Shown piece by piece: positions 52,629 through 63,652 of a DNA stretch of 64,000 nucleotides. How positions within the stretch are numbered: position 1 is the first letter of the stretch; each line of letters opens with the position of its first letter. Source of the DNA: an uncultured Arcobacteraceae bacterium (GTDB lineage: Bacteria; Campylobacterota; Campylobacteria; Campylobacterales; Arcobacteraceae); contig CAXHZO010000011.1 of the NCBI GenBank assembly GCA_964022095.1, positions 14,481 through 78,480 on the forward strand, in the 5' to 3' direction. The notes under the pieces are model-generated. The model saw only the letters and a program-made list of their open reading frames with translations. It had not been told where the DNA came from and did not search any database. The position numbers were made by a program, and so were the translations under genes.

Positions 52629-53561
52629 TTAAATTTTATTGATAAACTCTTCAATATTAGCTGCGACCATTTTTATAAGCCTAGCTCTAGCTTCTATACT
52701 TGCCCAACCAATATGAGGTGTTAAAAGCAATTGCTCTTTATTTTTTACTTTTAGTAGTGGGTTTGATTCTTCTATAGGCTCAACAGATACTACATCAATA
52801 CCACAGTAGATTTCTTTTTCATCTATGATTTTTGCTAAGTCTGGTTCATTTATAATTCCACCTCGACCAAGGTTTAAAAGTATTGCACCATCTTTGATAT
52901 TTTTCATATTTTCATAGTTTAATAAATCTTTTGTATCATAATTTAATGGACAATGAATAGAGATAATATCACTAGTACTTAGTAATTCATCAAGTTCCAC
53001 TTTAGTGTATTCATTATTTGAATTTCTTCCACTTGTTGAATAGTAAACTACTTCACAATCAAAAGCCTTAGCTTTTTTTGCAAAGTTTCTTCCTATATCA
53101 CCAAGTCCTATAACACCTACTCTTTTATTATCAAGTTCATGAAATAGTTCATCAATATGAGTAAAGATTTCACTTTTTTGCCAATTACCCTCATCTACAT
53201 ATTTTTTATAATAATCAAGTTTAGATACAAAATGAAAAATCATAGAAAAAGCAACTTGAGCAACTGAAGAACTTGAGTATCCAGCTACATTTTTTACTTC
53301 TATTCCTTTTTGTTTTGCATGAACTAAATCAACATTATTAGTTCCCGTTGCACTAATACATATAAGTTTTAAATTTGAGTTATCCATGATATTTGAGTCA
53401 ATCACAACTTTATTTGTGATTACAATATCTGCATCTTTTACTCTATCTAAAGTTTGCTCTTCTTTTGTCATATCATGAGATACAACTTCACCAAACTTAT
53501 TAAAAACACTAAGGTCTACATCGCTCCCTAGTGTATCTCTATCAAGTATTACTATTTTCAT
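52629..53561 (-). CDS. D-2-hydroxyacid dehydrogenase
   Basis: GVIGLGDIG, NLGRGG, TPHIGW; start at MKIVILD. Confidence 0.92.
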   Translation of the reverse strand: MKIVILDRDTLGSDVDLSVFNKFGEVVSHDMTKEEQTLDRVKDADIVITNKVVIDSNIMDNSNLKLICISATGTNNVDLVHAKQKGIEVKNVAGYSSSSVAQVAFSMIFHFVSKLDYYKKYVDEGNWQKSEIFTHIDELFHELDNKRVGVIGLGDIGRNFAKKAKAFDCEVVYYSTSGRNSNNEYTKVELDELLSTSDIISIHCPLNYDTKDLLNYENMKNIKDGAILLNLGRGGIINEPDLAKIIDEKEIYCGIDVVSVEPIEESNPLLKVKNKEQLLLTPHIGWASIEARARLIKMVAANIEEFINKI

Positions 53562-53563
53562 TA

Positions 53564-54070
53564 TTAATCTTTTTTTATCCAAACTTTAAATTTCCAAGCT
53601 GGAGATTTTATATTTCCATTTTCATCTTTGATTTCTTCATAATTTCTTTCTTCTTCTAAATCCCAAGTAGAAAAATCAATAGGCTTTAAAAATGCATCAG
53701 CCTCACCTTCATAGTCAACTTCAGATAAATACATCTTATCAACATACGGAAAAAGTGTTTCATAAATATTAGCTCCACCTATGATAAATAGTTCTTCCTC
53801 AGCATTAGCACGTGCGAAGTTAAATGCCTCTTGAACATCATTAAAAGTCTCAACACCTTCCTGTGAAAAATCACCCCTAGTTAAAACTAAAGAAGTTCTA
53901 TTTGGAAGTGGTTTTCCTATACTTTCAAAAGTTTTTCTACCCATTAAAATATGATGTCCAGAAGTTATAGTTTTAAAGTTTTTAAAATCTTCACTTATAT
54001 GCCATAACATCTCATTATTTAAACCTATTTCCCAATTTTTACCATATGCTACTATCATTGAAATTTTCAT
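53564..54070 (-). CDS. folA: Dihydrofolate reductase
   Basis: IG...MLW...DFKNFK, MGRKTFESIGKPLPNR, IIGGA. Confidence 0.95.
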   Translation of the reverse strand: MKISMIVAYGKNWEIGLNNEMLWHISEDFKNFKTITSGHHILMGRKTFESIGKPLPNRTSLVLTRGDFSQEGVETFNDVQEAFNFARANAEEELFIIGGANIYETLFPYVDKMYLSEVDYEGEADAFLKPIDFSTWDLEEERNYEEIKDENGNIKSPAWKFKVWIKKD

Positions 54071-54082
54071 ATCTGTTTTCTC

Positions 54083-54946
54083 CTATACTGCCATTACGGC
54101 TTTGATTGGTTCATCACACTCATATCCAACAAGCTCAAAATCACTCATCTTGAAATCATTAATATCTTTTACATCAGAATTGATTTTCATAATTGGCAAT
54201 TTGTGTGGAGTACGACTAAGTTGTAAATTTACTTGATCCATATGATTTGAATAAATATGCGCATCACCAAAAGTATGTACAAAATCTCCAACTTCTAAAT
54301 CACAAACTTGAGCAATCATCATTGTTAAAAGTGCATATGAAGCGATATTAAAAGGTACTCCTAAAAACACATCTGCACTTCTTTGATAAAGTTGACAAGA
54401 TAGTTTTCCATTTGCTACATAAAACTGGAAAAATGTATGACATGGAGGTAAAGCCATATTATCAATTTCTGCTACATTCCACGCATTTAAGATGATTCTT
54501 CTTGAATCTGGATTTGTTTTAATTTGATTTATAATATCAGATAATTGGTCATATGCTTTTCCATCTGCACCCTTCCAAGATCTCCATTGAGAACCATAAA
54601 CAGGGCCTAACTCTTTTATAGTTTCTGTATTTGTATAGCCTAAAGCTTTACCTTGAGCATCAGCATTTGCAGTCCAAACAGTTTTTTTATCTTTGATATT
54701 TTCTGCTTTATCACCATAGTGAATTTCAGCAAGTCTTCGCTCATCAGTACTACCTTCAATAAACCATAAAAGTTCACTAATAATACCTTTTAAAAAAGTT
54801 TTTTTAGTAGTAACTAAAGGAAAACCTTGACTTAAATCAAATCTCATTTGATAACCAAAAACTGAAGTTGTACCAGTTCCTGTTCTATCTTCTTTTTTTA
54901 TACCATTGTCTAATATATGTTGTAATAAATCTAAATATTGTTTCAA
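54083..54946 (-). CDS. thyA: Thymidylate synthase (ThyA)
   Basis: [34 protein letters not shown] start. Confidence 0.97.
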   Translation of the reverse strand: MKQYLDLLQHILDNGIKKEDRTGTGTTSVFGYQMRFDLSQGFPLVTTKKTFLKGIISELLWFIEGSTDERRLAEIHYGDKAENIKDKKTVWTANADAQGKALGYTNTETIKELGPVYGSQWRSWKGADGKAYDQLSDIINQIKTNPDSRRIILNAWNVAEIDNMALPPCHTFFQFYVANGKLSCQLYQRSADVFLGVPFNIASYALLTMMIAQVCDLEVGDFVHTFGDAHIYSNHMDQVNLQLSRTPHKLPIMKINSDVKDINDFKMSDFELVGYECDEPIKAVMAV

Positions 54947-55034
54947 TTAATTTCCTTAGTATCTCAAACTTTTTCAATTAGTATTTTACCATGTTGAAAT
55001 AAAAATGAGATATAAGGAATAAATTTAAATAATT

Positions 55035-58000
55035 TTATATCGATCTTAAGAAGTTTAGTAAGCTTTCTTGTTCTTGTGTTGAAAGTTGCATAAAATTATC
55101 TCTAACATTTTGAGCTTCACCTCCATGAAGTTCTATAGCCTCTTTTATACTTGAAGCTCTACCATCATGTAGAAATTTTGCACCCTCTTTTTGTTCAACA
55201 ATTCCTATTCCCCATAATGGTGGTGTTCTCCATTCTGAACCTGTTGCATTTTTTTCTTTTACACCATCAGCTAAGCTCTCACCCATATCATGTAAAAGTA
55301 AATCTGTATATGGATAGATTTTTTGATTACTTAAACTTGCAAATTTGCTACTTATTCCTGTTGTCATTGAAGGTCTATGACAAGAAGCACAACCTATAGT
55401 TTCAAAAATCATTTCACCATTATCAAATTTTTCTTGATTAGAAATTCTTCTATTTGGTACTCCTAATGCACTCATAAAGTCAACTATAGCTTGAAGTGAA
55501 GTTTCTGTAACTTCTGGAGCTCCACCATTTTCTTCCTCAGAACAAATTGTTTGATTACTTGTACAATTCTCTACAGGATTAACTGAACTTGTAAGTCCCA
55601 TATCTTGATGCAATGCTCCTGCATTTTGAGTTCTTAAACTTGAATTTATTGCTTTCCAACCAAATCTTCCAATTTTTCTCTCACCCTCTTCAAAAACCCA
55701 ATGGGCTCTTCCTGAAACTCCATCACCATTTGAATCATTTATATCTTCATACTCTAAAATTGTCTCTTCAGAGATTAAATCTAAAAGTCCCATTCCTAAT
55801 AAATGAGGAGATATTCTTCCTCCTATATTAAATCCATCACTACTTAAATCAGTTGAACTAATAAACTCTATTTCATTATTTATATTTTTAATCCATGTAA
55901 TAATACTTTCAGCTTCTCCAACAGTAGCTTGTGTTTGTAATTGTCCTCCAAAAATTGGATGTTCTTCACCATTTTCATTTCCAACTCTAAATAAAAAAGA
56001 ATTATCTATAGTTCCATCCTCAAAATATGGTACAACTCTACCATCTGATACATGACATGAAGTACAGGCAGTTGCATTGAATAAAGGTCCAAGACCATCT
56101 AATGTTGGTCTTGACCCTGGTGCTACTTGCCATTGGGCAATAAAAAGTTCTCTTCCTTGAGATACACCTGAAATTTCATTTTCTGAGATATTTGTTGATA
56201 CTTTCATAAAAGGCTCTTGCTCATCATAATCAACCGTTGCACTTCCACCAGGAGAATTTAAAGCTATATCTCCTGATGAATTATCTGTTGAATCATCACT
56301 TACATTTTCATCTGGAAACTCTGGAATTACTGGATAGTTATAGAACCAAATATTTGCTGTTGATTCTCCTCCACCAAGTGAACCTTCAAAACTCCATCTC
56401 CAAGTAAATACAGTATTATTCTCTTTTATTGCTGTTACATGCAATGCACCTGCTGAAATATCTTTAACAGAAGTTATTGCTTTTAATTTATCTTCTGGAT
56501 AATCAGGATTTTGATAATTTTGAGAACCATCTGATTCAGTTTGTCCAAACATTCCCCAAGGGTATACTTTTCTATCAGCTCTTAAAATATAACTAGAGTT
56601 TCCACCTGCATAAACTTCTTCAATTGGATTATTTTCATAATTTATTAAGATTTTTGTTGGTGTATAAATACGAGAATCCCACGCATAATTACTATTTTTG
56701 TATTGATATCCATTAAAGCCAACTTGACTTGAAAAGTTATTTCCCCATCCATAAACATCACCATTTTGCGTTAAAACTAAAATATGAGAAGTTCCAGTTG
56801 CAACTGATTTTACCTTTTCATTATCTCCAATAGTAATCTTAATAGGTGTTAACTGATCATCGCCACTACTTCCTTGTCCCATTTGACCATAATTATTTTT
56901 TCCCCAAGCCCATAACTGTCCGTCTTCATCAATTGCCATAGAAAAATCCGAACCTGCACTTACTTGAAGTATTTTTATATTTTCTTGAGGGAAAACAACT
57001 TTTACTGGAATTGCATCTGTAACAGTTGTACCATTTCCTAATTCTCCATCACCATTTGTTCCAAAAGCGTAAACTTCACCATTTTTATTAACTGCTAAAG
57101 TATGACTAAGTCCTGCATCAATTGCAACAATATATGATAAGCCCTCTACCTTTGCAATACTTAGCCTACAATCATTTGAAGAAGAACAACTATCTCTATT
57201 CTCTTTGCCTCTTCCTAATTCACCATTTTTATCATATCCCCAAGTATAAACATCTCCAAGTTCATCTATAGCAACTGAAAAGTTTTGCATAAATGAAATA
57301 GATACAAATTTTGTCGGAGTTGTAATTTCAACTGGAGTTACAGGATGAACACCATTTGATTCATCTGATAGTTTTGAAGTATATCCAAGTCCAGTTTGTC
57401 CATAATTGTTTCTTCCCCAAGTATAAAGTTTATCACCTTTTATAGCCCCTGAGTGAGAACCACCAGCACTTGTTTTACTACCTAAATAAATAACTCCAGA
57501 TTTAATCTCTTTTTTACCAGTTGTATCTTCAATAGATATTTTAAAACTATTTTCCCCTAAATTTAACTGTTTTAAAACAGAGAAAGAGTTGTCATTTACA
57601 GTTATATTTTCTAAAACACCATTGAATTCTAAATTTATTGATGTAAGTTCAATATCAGTATTTACTTCTCCTTTAAAATCCCAAATAGAAGATAAAGAGA
57701 TAATCTCATCTCTTTCAACATTTGTTTTTACTAAGTAATCATTGTTTGAACTATTTAAATCAACTGTTATTTTACCCTCAACAAATGTCTCATTACCTTC
57801 TGTATCAAGAACATTAATTCTATAGCTATTTTCACCGGCATTTAATTGTTTTGACAAATTAAAAAAGTCATTTTCTAATTCAATATTTGAAGAAAGGCCA
57901 TTTAGTGTGAGATTTATACTTGAAATATCATTATCATCTCTAGCCATACCTGAGAATGTCCAGTTTGTTCTTGAAATATTAATATCATTTGATTGATCCA

Positions 58001-58886
58001 TATTTGTCTGCAATGTTGGTTTTACAGATTTAGCACTAAAAGAGATAGTTATATCATCATTGTTATTACTATCATAATTTTCTATTTTTGATACTTTTAT
58101 AGTGATAATATACTGCTCTGATTCTGTTAAAGTTTGAGTAGGGATTATCTCAACTGTGTTATAATCATACTCTAAATCATAAGATAATGTAGTTCCATTG
58201 GAAGCAGATAGAATAAAGATATCTTTTCTAACATCATCTTTTTTTATATCTTTGGTAAATTCTATATCAAAAGAGGAGTCATACTCTACTTCATAATCTC
58301 CATCACTAACAGATGTACTTTTGATTTCTAATAAAACATTATCTTCTATTACATCATGATGTTTTAAAACATTATCTAAGTGTCTTTTTACATTTGTTTC
58401 AGATACTTTTTCAAAACCTTTTTCACTTAAAATTGTATCAACATCCACATCATCAATACTTAAATTAGAGCTTTCATTAAATTTATCAAAATCTAATCTA
58501 CTAATTTCAATCTTATTTGTTGTGTCATCTGAATCTAATGACTGTAAAAATGTTGCAATTTTTAAAACTCTTTCATTTTCAATATTTGTTCTATCTCCAT
58601 TTAATTCAGGGATTAAATCTTGAATAAATACTTTATTATCTGAATTCAAAGAGTTTAACTCACCTATTTTAATACTTCCTATAAAAAACTCTACAGTCCC
58701 TCCATTATATGGGAATTGTCCATTTTCATCTGTATATCCACTCTTATTACCATTAATATATTTTATACCTTCAACTACATCATCAATAAAGGTACCATTA
58801 ACTTGATTATTTCCACTGTTACCGCATCCAGTGTATAAAAACATAGTTATTAATGATAATAAAATACTTTTATAAATATTATTCAT
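55035..58886 (-). CDS. Large lipoprotein: Ig-like domains, RCC1-like repeats and a C-terminal di-heme oxidoreductase (DUF1111-like) domain
   Basis: Lipobox LYTGC; repeated WGxNxYGQxG and AGxxHS motifs; CTSCH and CASCH heme motifs; GRFGWKA, PYTDLLLHDMG, WRTPPLWG, LHDGRA. Confidence 0.85.
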   Translation of the reverse strand: MNNIYKSILLSLITMFLYTGCGNSGNNQVNGTFIDDVVEGIKYINGNKSGYTDENGQFPYNGGTVEFFIGSIKIGELNSLNSDNKVFIQDLIPELNGDRTNIENERVLKIATFLQSLDSDDTTNKIEISRLDFDKFNESSNLSIDDVDVDTILSEKGFEKVSETNVKRHLDNVLKHHDVIEDNVLLEIKSTSVSDGDYEVEYDSSFDIEFTKDIKKDDVRKDIFILSASNGTTLSYDLEYDYNTVEIIPTQTLTESEQYIITIKVSKIENYDSNNNDDITISFSAKSVKPTLQTNMDQSNDINISRTNWTFSGMARDDNDISSINLTLNGLSSNIELENDFFNLSKQLNAGENSYRINVLDTEGNETFVEGKITVDLNSSNNDYLVKTNVERDEIISLSSIWDFKGEVNTDIELTSINLEFNGVLENITVNDNSFSVLKQLNLGENSFKISIEDTTGKKEIKSGVIYLGSKTSAGGSHSGAIKGDKLYTWGRNNYGQTGLGYTSKLSDESNGVHPVTPVEITTPTKFVSISFMQNFSVAIDELGDVYTWGYDKNGELGRGKENRDSCSSSNDCRLSIAKVEGLSYIVAIDAGLSHTLAVNKNGEVYAFGTNGDGELGNGTTVTDAIPVKVVFPQENIKILQVSAGSDFSMAIDEDGQLWAWGKNNYGQMGQGSSGDDQLTPIKITIGDNEKVKSVATGTSHILVLTQNGDVYGWGNNFSSQVGFNGYQYKNSNYAWDSRIYTPTKILINYENNPIEEVYAGGNSSYILRADRKVYPWGMFGQTESDGSQNYQNPDYPEDKLKAITSVKDISAGALHVTAIKENNTVFTWRWSFEGSLGGGESTANIWFYNYPVIPEFPDENVSDDSTDNSSGDIALNSPGGSATVDYDEQEPFMKVSTNISENEISGVSQGRELFIAQWQVAPGSRPTLDGLGPLFNATACTSCHVSDGRVVPYFEDGTIDNSFLFRVGNENGEEHPIFGGQLQTQATVGEAESIITWIKNINNEIEFISSTDLSSDGFNIGGRISPHLLGMGLLDLISEETILEYEDINDSNGDGVSGRAHWVFEEGERKIGRFGWKAINSSLRTQNAGALHQDMGLTSSVNPVENCTSNQTICSEEENGGAPEVTETSLQAIVDFMSALGVPNRRISNQEKFDNGEMIFETIGCASCHRPSMTTGISSKFASLSNQKIYPYTDLLLHDMGESLADGVKEKNATGSEWRTPPLWGIGIVEQKEGAKFLHDGRASSIKEAIELHGGEAQNVRDNFMQLSTQEQESLLNFLRSI

Positions 58887-58949
58887 TTACTTCCTTTCTT
58901 TTAAAGTAAGCGAATTTTAATATATTTTTCTTAAATAATCTTTAATATT

Positions 58950-58968
58950 GAAAATTATTATCATTATC
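58950..58968 (-). promoter_or_regulatory. Fur box
   Basis: Minus strand GATAATGATAATAATTTTC, 17/19 to the classical GATAATGATAATCATTATC. Confidence 0.8.
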
Positions 58969-58980
58969 GTAGTAAAAAAA

Positions 58981-59011
58981 TAAAAGACAAGGAAAACTAC
59001 ATTGTCTTTTA
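58981..59011 (-). terminator. Terminator-like hairpin after the L,D-transpeptidase gene
   Basis: TAAAAGACAA...TTGTCTTTTA stem. Confidence 0.5.
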
Positions 59012-59024
59012 TAAATTTTTCTTA

Positions 59025-60374
59025 TTAGTAATTTAACTTCTGTATTTTATCATAATCATATCTATCTTTATAAAATGAAACTTTCCCTTCATTATTTATA
59101 TAACTAGTAATATATGTCAAATGAATAGGAAGTTTTTTACTTAAACTTACCCCTGAAGTTTTAAAACTATCATACAAACCTCTTGTATAGCTATAATTAT
59201 GTTTTGTGTAATTTGTTGTGATATGTTTCATTAAACTTAATGGATGTTCTAATCTAACACACCCATGACTTGCAAATCTAATTTTTTGATTTTTGTGCTT
59301 AAATCTCCATGCTCCAATTGTGTCATGCATATATACAGCATATTTATTTTTAAATAAGAATTTTAATCTACCCATACCATTTCTAGGTGATGGTAATTGA
59401 ATAAATTTATATGGAATATATTTAACATCTTTTTTTAAATACTTTTTCCAATTTACATCGCTAAATTTGATTTTTTGTGAATCTAATTTATAATTTTTTC
59501 TAATTACAATATTTTTACTTTTTAAATATTTTTTATCTTTTAAAGCCTTAGGAATAATTGACTTTTTTGCAATTGAATCTGGAATATTCCAAGTTGGGTT
59601 AATTACAAAATAATTTAATCTACTTGATAAAACAGGTGTTTGACTCTCTTTTTCTCCAACAACAGTATTGAAGTTTTTAATAACCCTGCTATCTTCATAA
59701 AAAGTAAAATCAGTAGAAGGAACATTTAACTGAATAAAACTATCACTACCATCATATTTTAGTAATTTTAATCTCTCAATATTTAGCTTTAATTTTTTAT
59801 ACTCACTTGTACTTAAATTATTTTTATCTAAAACCTTAATAAACTTGAAAAAGCTTGGATGTTTAGGTACATAAGTACCTAAAATAGATTCTACACTATT
59901 ATTTTCATCTCTGAATTCTTCTAAAAGTTTTGTTTTATCAATATTTGTTTCATAAACCTCATAATCTTGATTCATATCTTTATATTTTTGTTGAGAAATT
60001 TTTCTTTTAAAGGATTCTATATCAATACAAGAGTTTGCTAAATTATTAGTATAATCCACAAAAAGTTCTTCTATTAATTTTATTTTTTCATCTTTGTTAT
60101 CTATTACATTTATTTGTTCAAACTTATTTGCACTTCCACAAAGAGAAGAGTATTTATCATCTTTTAATATTTCAAGAAACTCTTTTTGGTTTTTATTTAA
60201 AATTTCTTTTTTTACAACTAACGGAGTTATAATCTCTTTTGATTGTTCTAATACTTCAATAGTTTTTGCATATTCAACTTTTTTATCATCATATTTTATT
60301 ACTTCTTCTTTTACACTACAACCAACAAAAAAAGTTGCAATAGCAATACTTACCAGAAATTTACTTCTTATCAT
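59025..60374 (-). CDS. L,D-transpeptidase (YcbB-like) lipoprotein
   Basis: Lipobox FFVGC; NPTWNIP, YMHDT, SHGCVRL. Confidence 0.88.
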   Translation of the reverse strand: MIRSKFLVSIAIATFFVGCSVKEEVIKYDDKKVEYAKTIEVLEQSKEIITPLVVKKEILNKNQKEFLEILKDDKYSSLCGSANKFEQINVIDNKDEKIKLIEELFVDYTNNLANSCIDIESFKRKISQQKYKDMNQDYEVYETNIDKTKLLEEFRDENNSVESILGTYVPKHPSFFKFIKVLDKNNLSTSEYKKLKLNIERLKLLKYDGSDSFIQLNVPSTDFTFYEDSRVIKNFNTVVGEKESQTPVLSSRLNYFVINPTWNIPDSIAKKSIIPKALKDKKYLKSKNIVIRKNYKLDSQKIKFSDVNWKKYLKKDVKYIPYKFIQLPSPRNGMGRLKFLFKNKYAVYMHDTIGAWRFKHKNQKIRFASHGCVRLEHPLSLMKHITTNYTKHNYSYTRGLYDSFKTSGVSLSKKLPIHLTYITSYINNEGKVSFYKDRYDYDKIQKLNY

Positions 60375-60384
60375 ATTCTCTCTT

Positions 60385-61362
60385 TTAATTTCTTTTTTGA
60401 CCACTTTTTGGTTCGCTTACTTCTTTTTGTAAGTCAAAACTTAAGTTATTATAGAATAATTCTCCATAATCTGTCTGTCTATTTATCATTTCATATGCTT
60501 GTTTTATATCATTGTTATATCTAAGTGCATCTTGTAAAATCTTTATAATCTTTACTGATTCTAAAAAGTTCACATGACTTGGCGCTTCTATAGGGGAACT
60601 ATAATATTTGTGCATTCTCTCAACTAAGTTTTTATTTCTGATTTCTATAAACACTGATTCAATAGGTGATTTAAAGAATAATATCTTTTGCTTAACATTA
60701 ATAGAAATATATGTAGTTTCCATTCCATATATCTTTCTAGAAAAAGAATCAAATAAAAACAGTTTCTTATTATAATTATTATTAAATAATTCATACATTA
60801 AATCTAAAATTTTGATCTTTTCTTCTTTAGTATAAAAGTTTCCAATACTTGCAAAACAAAAAGATAAAACTGATTTAATAGAATACCACTCAGTTGTATC
60901 ATAATCATATCTAAGCATTTGATTTATTCTTTGTTGTTTTAAATCTTCAATATCTTTACTTGTAGTAGTTCTGTACACTTTTTGTACAGCAGAGTCCCTA
61001 TACATAGGACCTGGGAACTGCGCTTGAATTACAAACCTTCTGTTTTTTTCCATTTCCATTATGTATTTTAATCGTCCATAATAGTCTTCATCAAGGATTC
61101 TTACTTCTTTTTGAGGTATCTGACTAATAGACTTTATAAATTCTTCGCCATTACATCCCTCTTCCCAAATATAATCAGGATATCTGAAAACTTGGCAGAT
61201 TTTACTTTTAACATCTTCATTTGGTTCAATACTAGAAATATTATCAATCCACGAAGTTACGGTTCTTCTATCTTTGTTAATCAAGGATGCAAACTTTGAA
61301 ATACTTAGATTAGAACGCTGAAATATTTCTATGAATTTTTCTATAGAGTTTTTATAAGTCAT
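60385..61362 (-). CDS. Hypothetical protein with N-terminal XRE-like HTH; probable regulator
   Basis: LSISKFASLINKDRRTVTSW HTH-like segment; divergent from prpB. Confidence 0.6.
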   Translation of the reverse strand: MTYKNSIEKFIEIFQRSNLSISKFASLINKDRRTVTSWIDNISSIEPNEDVKSKICQVFRYPDYIWEEGCNGEEFIKSISQIPQKEVRILDEDYYGRLKYIMEMEKNRRFVIQAQFPGPMYRDSAVQKVYRTTTSKDIEDLKQQRINQMLRYDYDTTEWYSIKSVLSFCFASIGNFYTKEEKIKILDLMYELFNNNYNKKLFLFDSFSRKIYGMETTYISINVKQKILFFKSPIESVFIEIRNKNLVERMHKYYSSPIEAPSHVNFLESVKIIKILQDALRYNNDIKQAYEMINRQTDYGELFYNNLSFDLQKEVSEPKSGQKRN

Positions 61363-61536
61363 ATGCTTCCTTTATTCTTTATGTTAAAAAATTGTACCAT
61401 TTTCTTTCATAAAAACAAATATTGTACATTTTATATAATAAAAGAAAAAAATTGTGTTTTGTCATACAGAAATCATACACTACTGTCATGTACAAATTAT
61501 GTATAATGAAAGTCAACTTTTATTTAAAGGATGTGT

Positions 61537-62421
61537 ATGAGCGCAGGAAAAAAATTTAGAGAAGCACTTAAGGAAGAAACTCCTTTACAAATTGTAGGTA
61601 CTATTAACGCGTACCAAGCATTACAAGCTACAAAAGTAGGATACAAAGCTATCTACTTATCAGGTGGAGGTATTGCAAATGCATCTTATGGTTTACCAGA
61701 TTTAGGTATGACAATGATTGAAGATGTATGTATTGACATTAGAAGAGTTACTTCTATTTGTGATACTCCATTAATTGTTGATGCAGATACTGGTTGGGGA
61801 CATGCATTTAATGTTGCAAGAACTGTTAAAGAATTCATCAGAGCTGGAGCTGCGGGGCTTCACATTGAGGATCAAGTTGCTGCAAAAAGATGTGGTCACA
61901 GACCAAACAAAGAATTAGTTACAACAGAAGAAATGTGTGACAGAATTAGAGCTGCAGTTGATGCAAAAAATCAATTAGACCCTGATTTTTACATTATTGC
62001 TAGAACTGATGCACACGCATCTGAAGGTCAAGAATCTGCAGTTGCAAGAGCAAAAGCATATGTTGAAGCGGGAGCAGATGCAATTTTTGCTGAAGCAGTT
62101 CACACATTAAAAGAGTACAAAGAGTTTACTGATCAAATGACTGTTCCAGTATTAGCTAACATTACTGAATTCGGAGCTACTCCAATGTTTACAACTGAAG
62201 AATTAGGTTCAGTTGGTATTGAGATGGTTCTTTACCCATTATCAGCATTTAGAGCAATGAATAAAGCTGCATTACATGTATACCAAGAGTTAAGAGACAA
62301 AGGTACACAAGAAAGCACTTTAGATACTATGCAAACAAGAATGGAACTTTACGATATGTTAGGTTACCATGATTATGAAAATAAAATGGACGAACTATTT
62401 TCAAAAGGTAAAGCTAAGTAA
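61537..62421 (+). CDS. prpB: 2-methylisocitrate lyase
   Basis: LPDLG, DADTG, KRCGH; AAGGA RBS before MSAGKK. Confidence 0.96.
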   Translation: MSAGKKFREALKEETPLQIVGTINAYQALQATKVGYKAIYLSGGGIANASYGLPDLGMTMIEDVCIDIRRVTSICDTPLIVDADTGWGHAFNVARTVKEFIRAGAAGLHIEDQVAAKRCGHRPNKELVTTEEMCDRIRAAVDAKNQLDPDFYIIARTDAHASEGQESAVARAKAYVEAGADAIFAEAVHTLKEYKEFTDQMTVPVLANITEFGATPMFTTEELGSVGIEMVLYPLSAFRAMNKAALHVYQELRDKGTQESTLDTMQTRMELYDMLGYHDYENKMDELFSKGKAK

Positions 62422-62487
62422 TTAGCTTTCCTTTTAATAAAAAGACAAAATTTAATTTAAATAAAACTAGATAGATAAGGAGAAAAT

Positions 62488-63594
62488 ATGAGTGGTTTAG
62501 CAGGTGTTACAGCTGGTTCTTCAGCAATTTGTACTTGTGGTTTAGGAAACGGATTAAACTATAGAGGATATGATATTGCTGACTTAGCTTTAAAAGCTGA
62601 TTTCGAAGAAGTAGCATATTTATTATTAAATGGTGAATTACCAAATAAACACGAACTTAAAATGTTCCAAAGAAAAATTATTCAAGGTAGAGAGTTACCA
62701 ATCTCTGTTAAGAATGTATTAAAATCAATTCCAGCATCATCACATCCAATGGATGTTATGAAAACTGCAACTTCAGCACTTGGTTGTGTTGAACCAGAAG
62801 CAGAAGATTTTTCTGATCAAATGGATAAAATCATCAGATTATTAGGAGCTTTCCCATCGTTCTTAGTATACTGGCATCACTGGCACGTAAATGGAAAAGA
62901 GATTGATTTAATTTCTGAAGAAACTACAATTGCTGGTTTCATCTTAGAAAGATTAAAAGAAACTACTCCATTAGACGTTGAAGTTAAAGCTATGAATGCA
63001 ATGTTAACTTTATATGCTGAGCATGAGTTTAACGCATCAACTTTTGCAAACAGAATTACTGCTTCTACATTATCTGATATCTACTCTTGTATGACTACAG
63101 GTATTGGTACTTTAAAAGGTCCATTACATGGTGGAGCGAATGAAGTAGCAATTAAATTTGTATTACAGTTCGATAACGTTGAGCATGCATTAAAAGAAGT
63201 AGATGGTTTATTTGCTAGAAAAGAAAAAATCATGGGATTCGGACACAGAGTATATAGAGAAGTGGATCCAAGATCTCCAGTAGGATTTGATTTAGCAAAC
63301 GAATTAAAAGAGTTAGAAACTTCTGACCCTAAATTATTTGATATTGCAAAAGCAGTTAGAGATAAAGTTAAAGCTGAAAAAGGTTTACCAGATAATATCG
63401 ACTTCTTCGGTGGATTAATTTACCACTACATGGAAATCGAAAGATTATACTATACTCCATTATTCATTATGTCAAGAGCTGCTGGATGGGCTGCTCACGC
63501 ATTTGAACAAAGAGCTAACAACAGAATCATCAGACCAAGTTCAGAGTATACTGGACCAGAGCCTAGAGATTTCGTTGCTTTAGAAGATAGATAA
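62488..63594 (+). CDS. prpC: 2-methylcitrate synthase
   Basis: GLAGV, HEFNASTF, GPLHGGANE, GFGHRVY; follows prpB. Confidence 0.93.
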   Translation: MSGLAGVTAGSSAICTCGLGNGLNYRGYDIADLALKADFEEVAYLLLNGELPNKHELKMFQRKIIQGRELPISVKNVLKSIPASSHPMDVMKTATSALGCVEPEAEDFSDQMDKIIRLLGAFPSFLVYWHHWHVNGKEIDLISEETTIAGFILERLKETTPLDVEVKAMNAMLTLYAEHEFNASTFANRITASTLSDIYSCMTTGIGTLKGPLHGGANEVAIKFVLQFDNVEHALKEVDGLFARKEKIMGFGHRVYREVDPRSPVGFDLANELKELETSDPKLFDIAKAVRDKVKAEKGLPDNIDFFGGLIYHYMEIERLYYTPLFIMSRAAGWAAHAFEQRANNRIIRPSSEYTGPEPRDFVALEDR

Positions 63595-63620
63595 TAATTC
63601 TAAACTTTTCAAAATAGAAA

Positions 63621-63652
63621 TTTAAATAGTCCTAATTCTAGGACTATTTAAA
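63621..63652 (+). terminator. Hairpin after prpC
   Basis: TTTAAATAGTCCTA-ATTC-TAGGACTATTTAAA. Confidence 0.65.

Noticed and set aside
983-61299. Other small antisense ORFs in the track (e.g. 983-1321, 15804-16049, 40174-40464, 45994-46350, 60094-60432)
   Set aside because: They lie largely opposite well-supported genes and show no recognisable motifs
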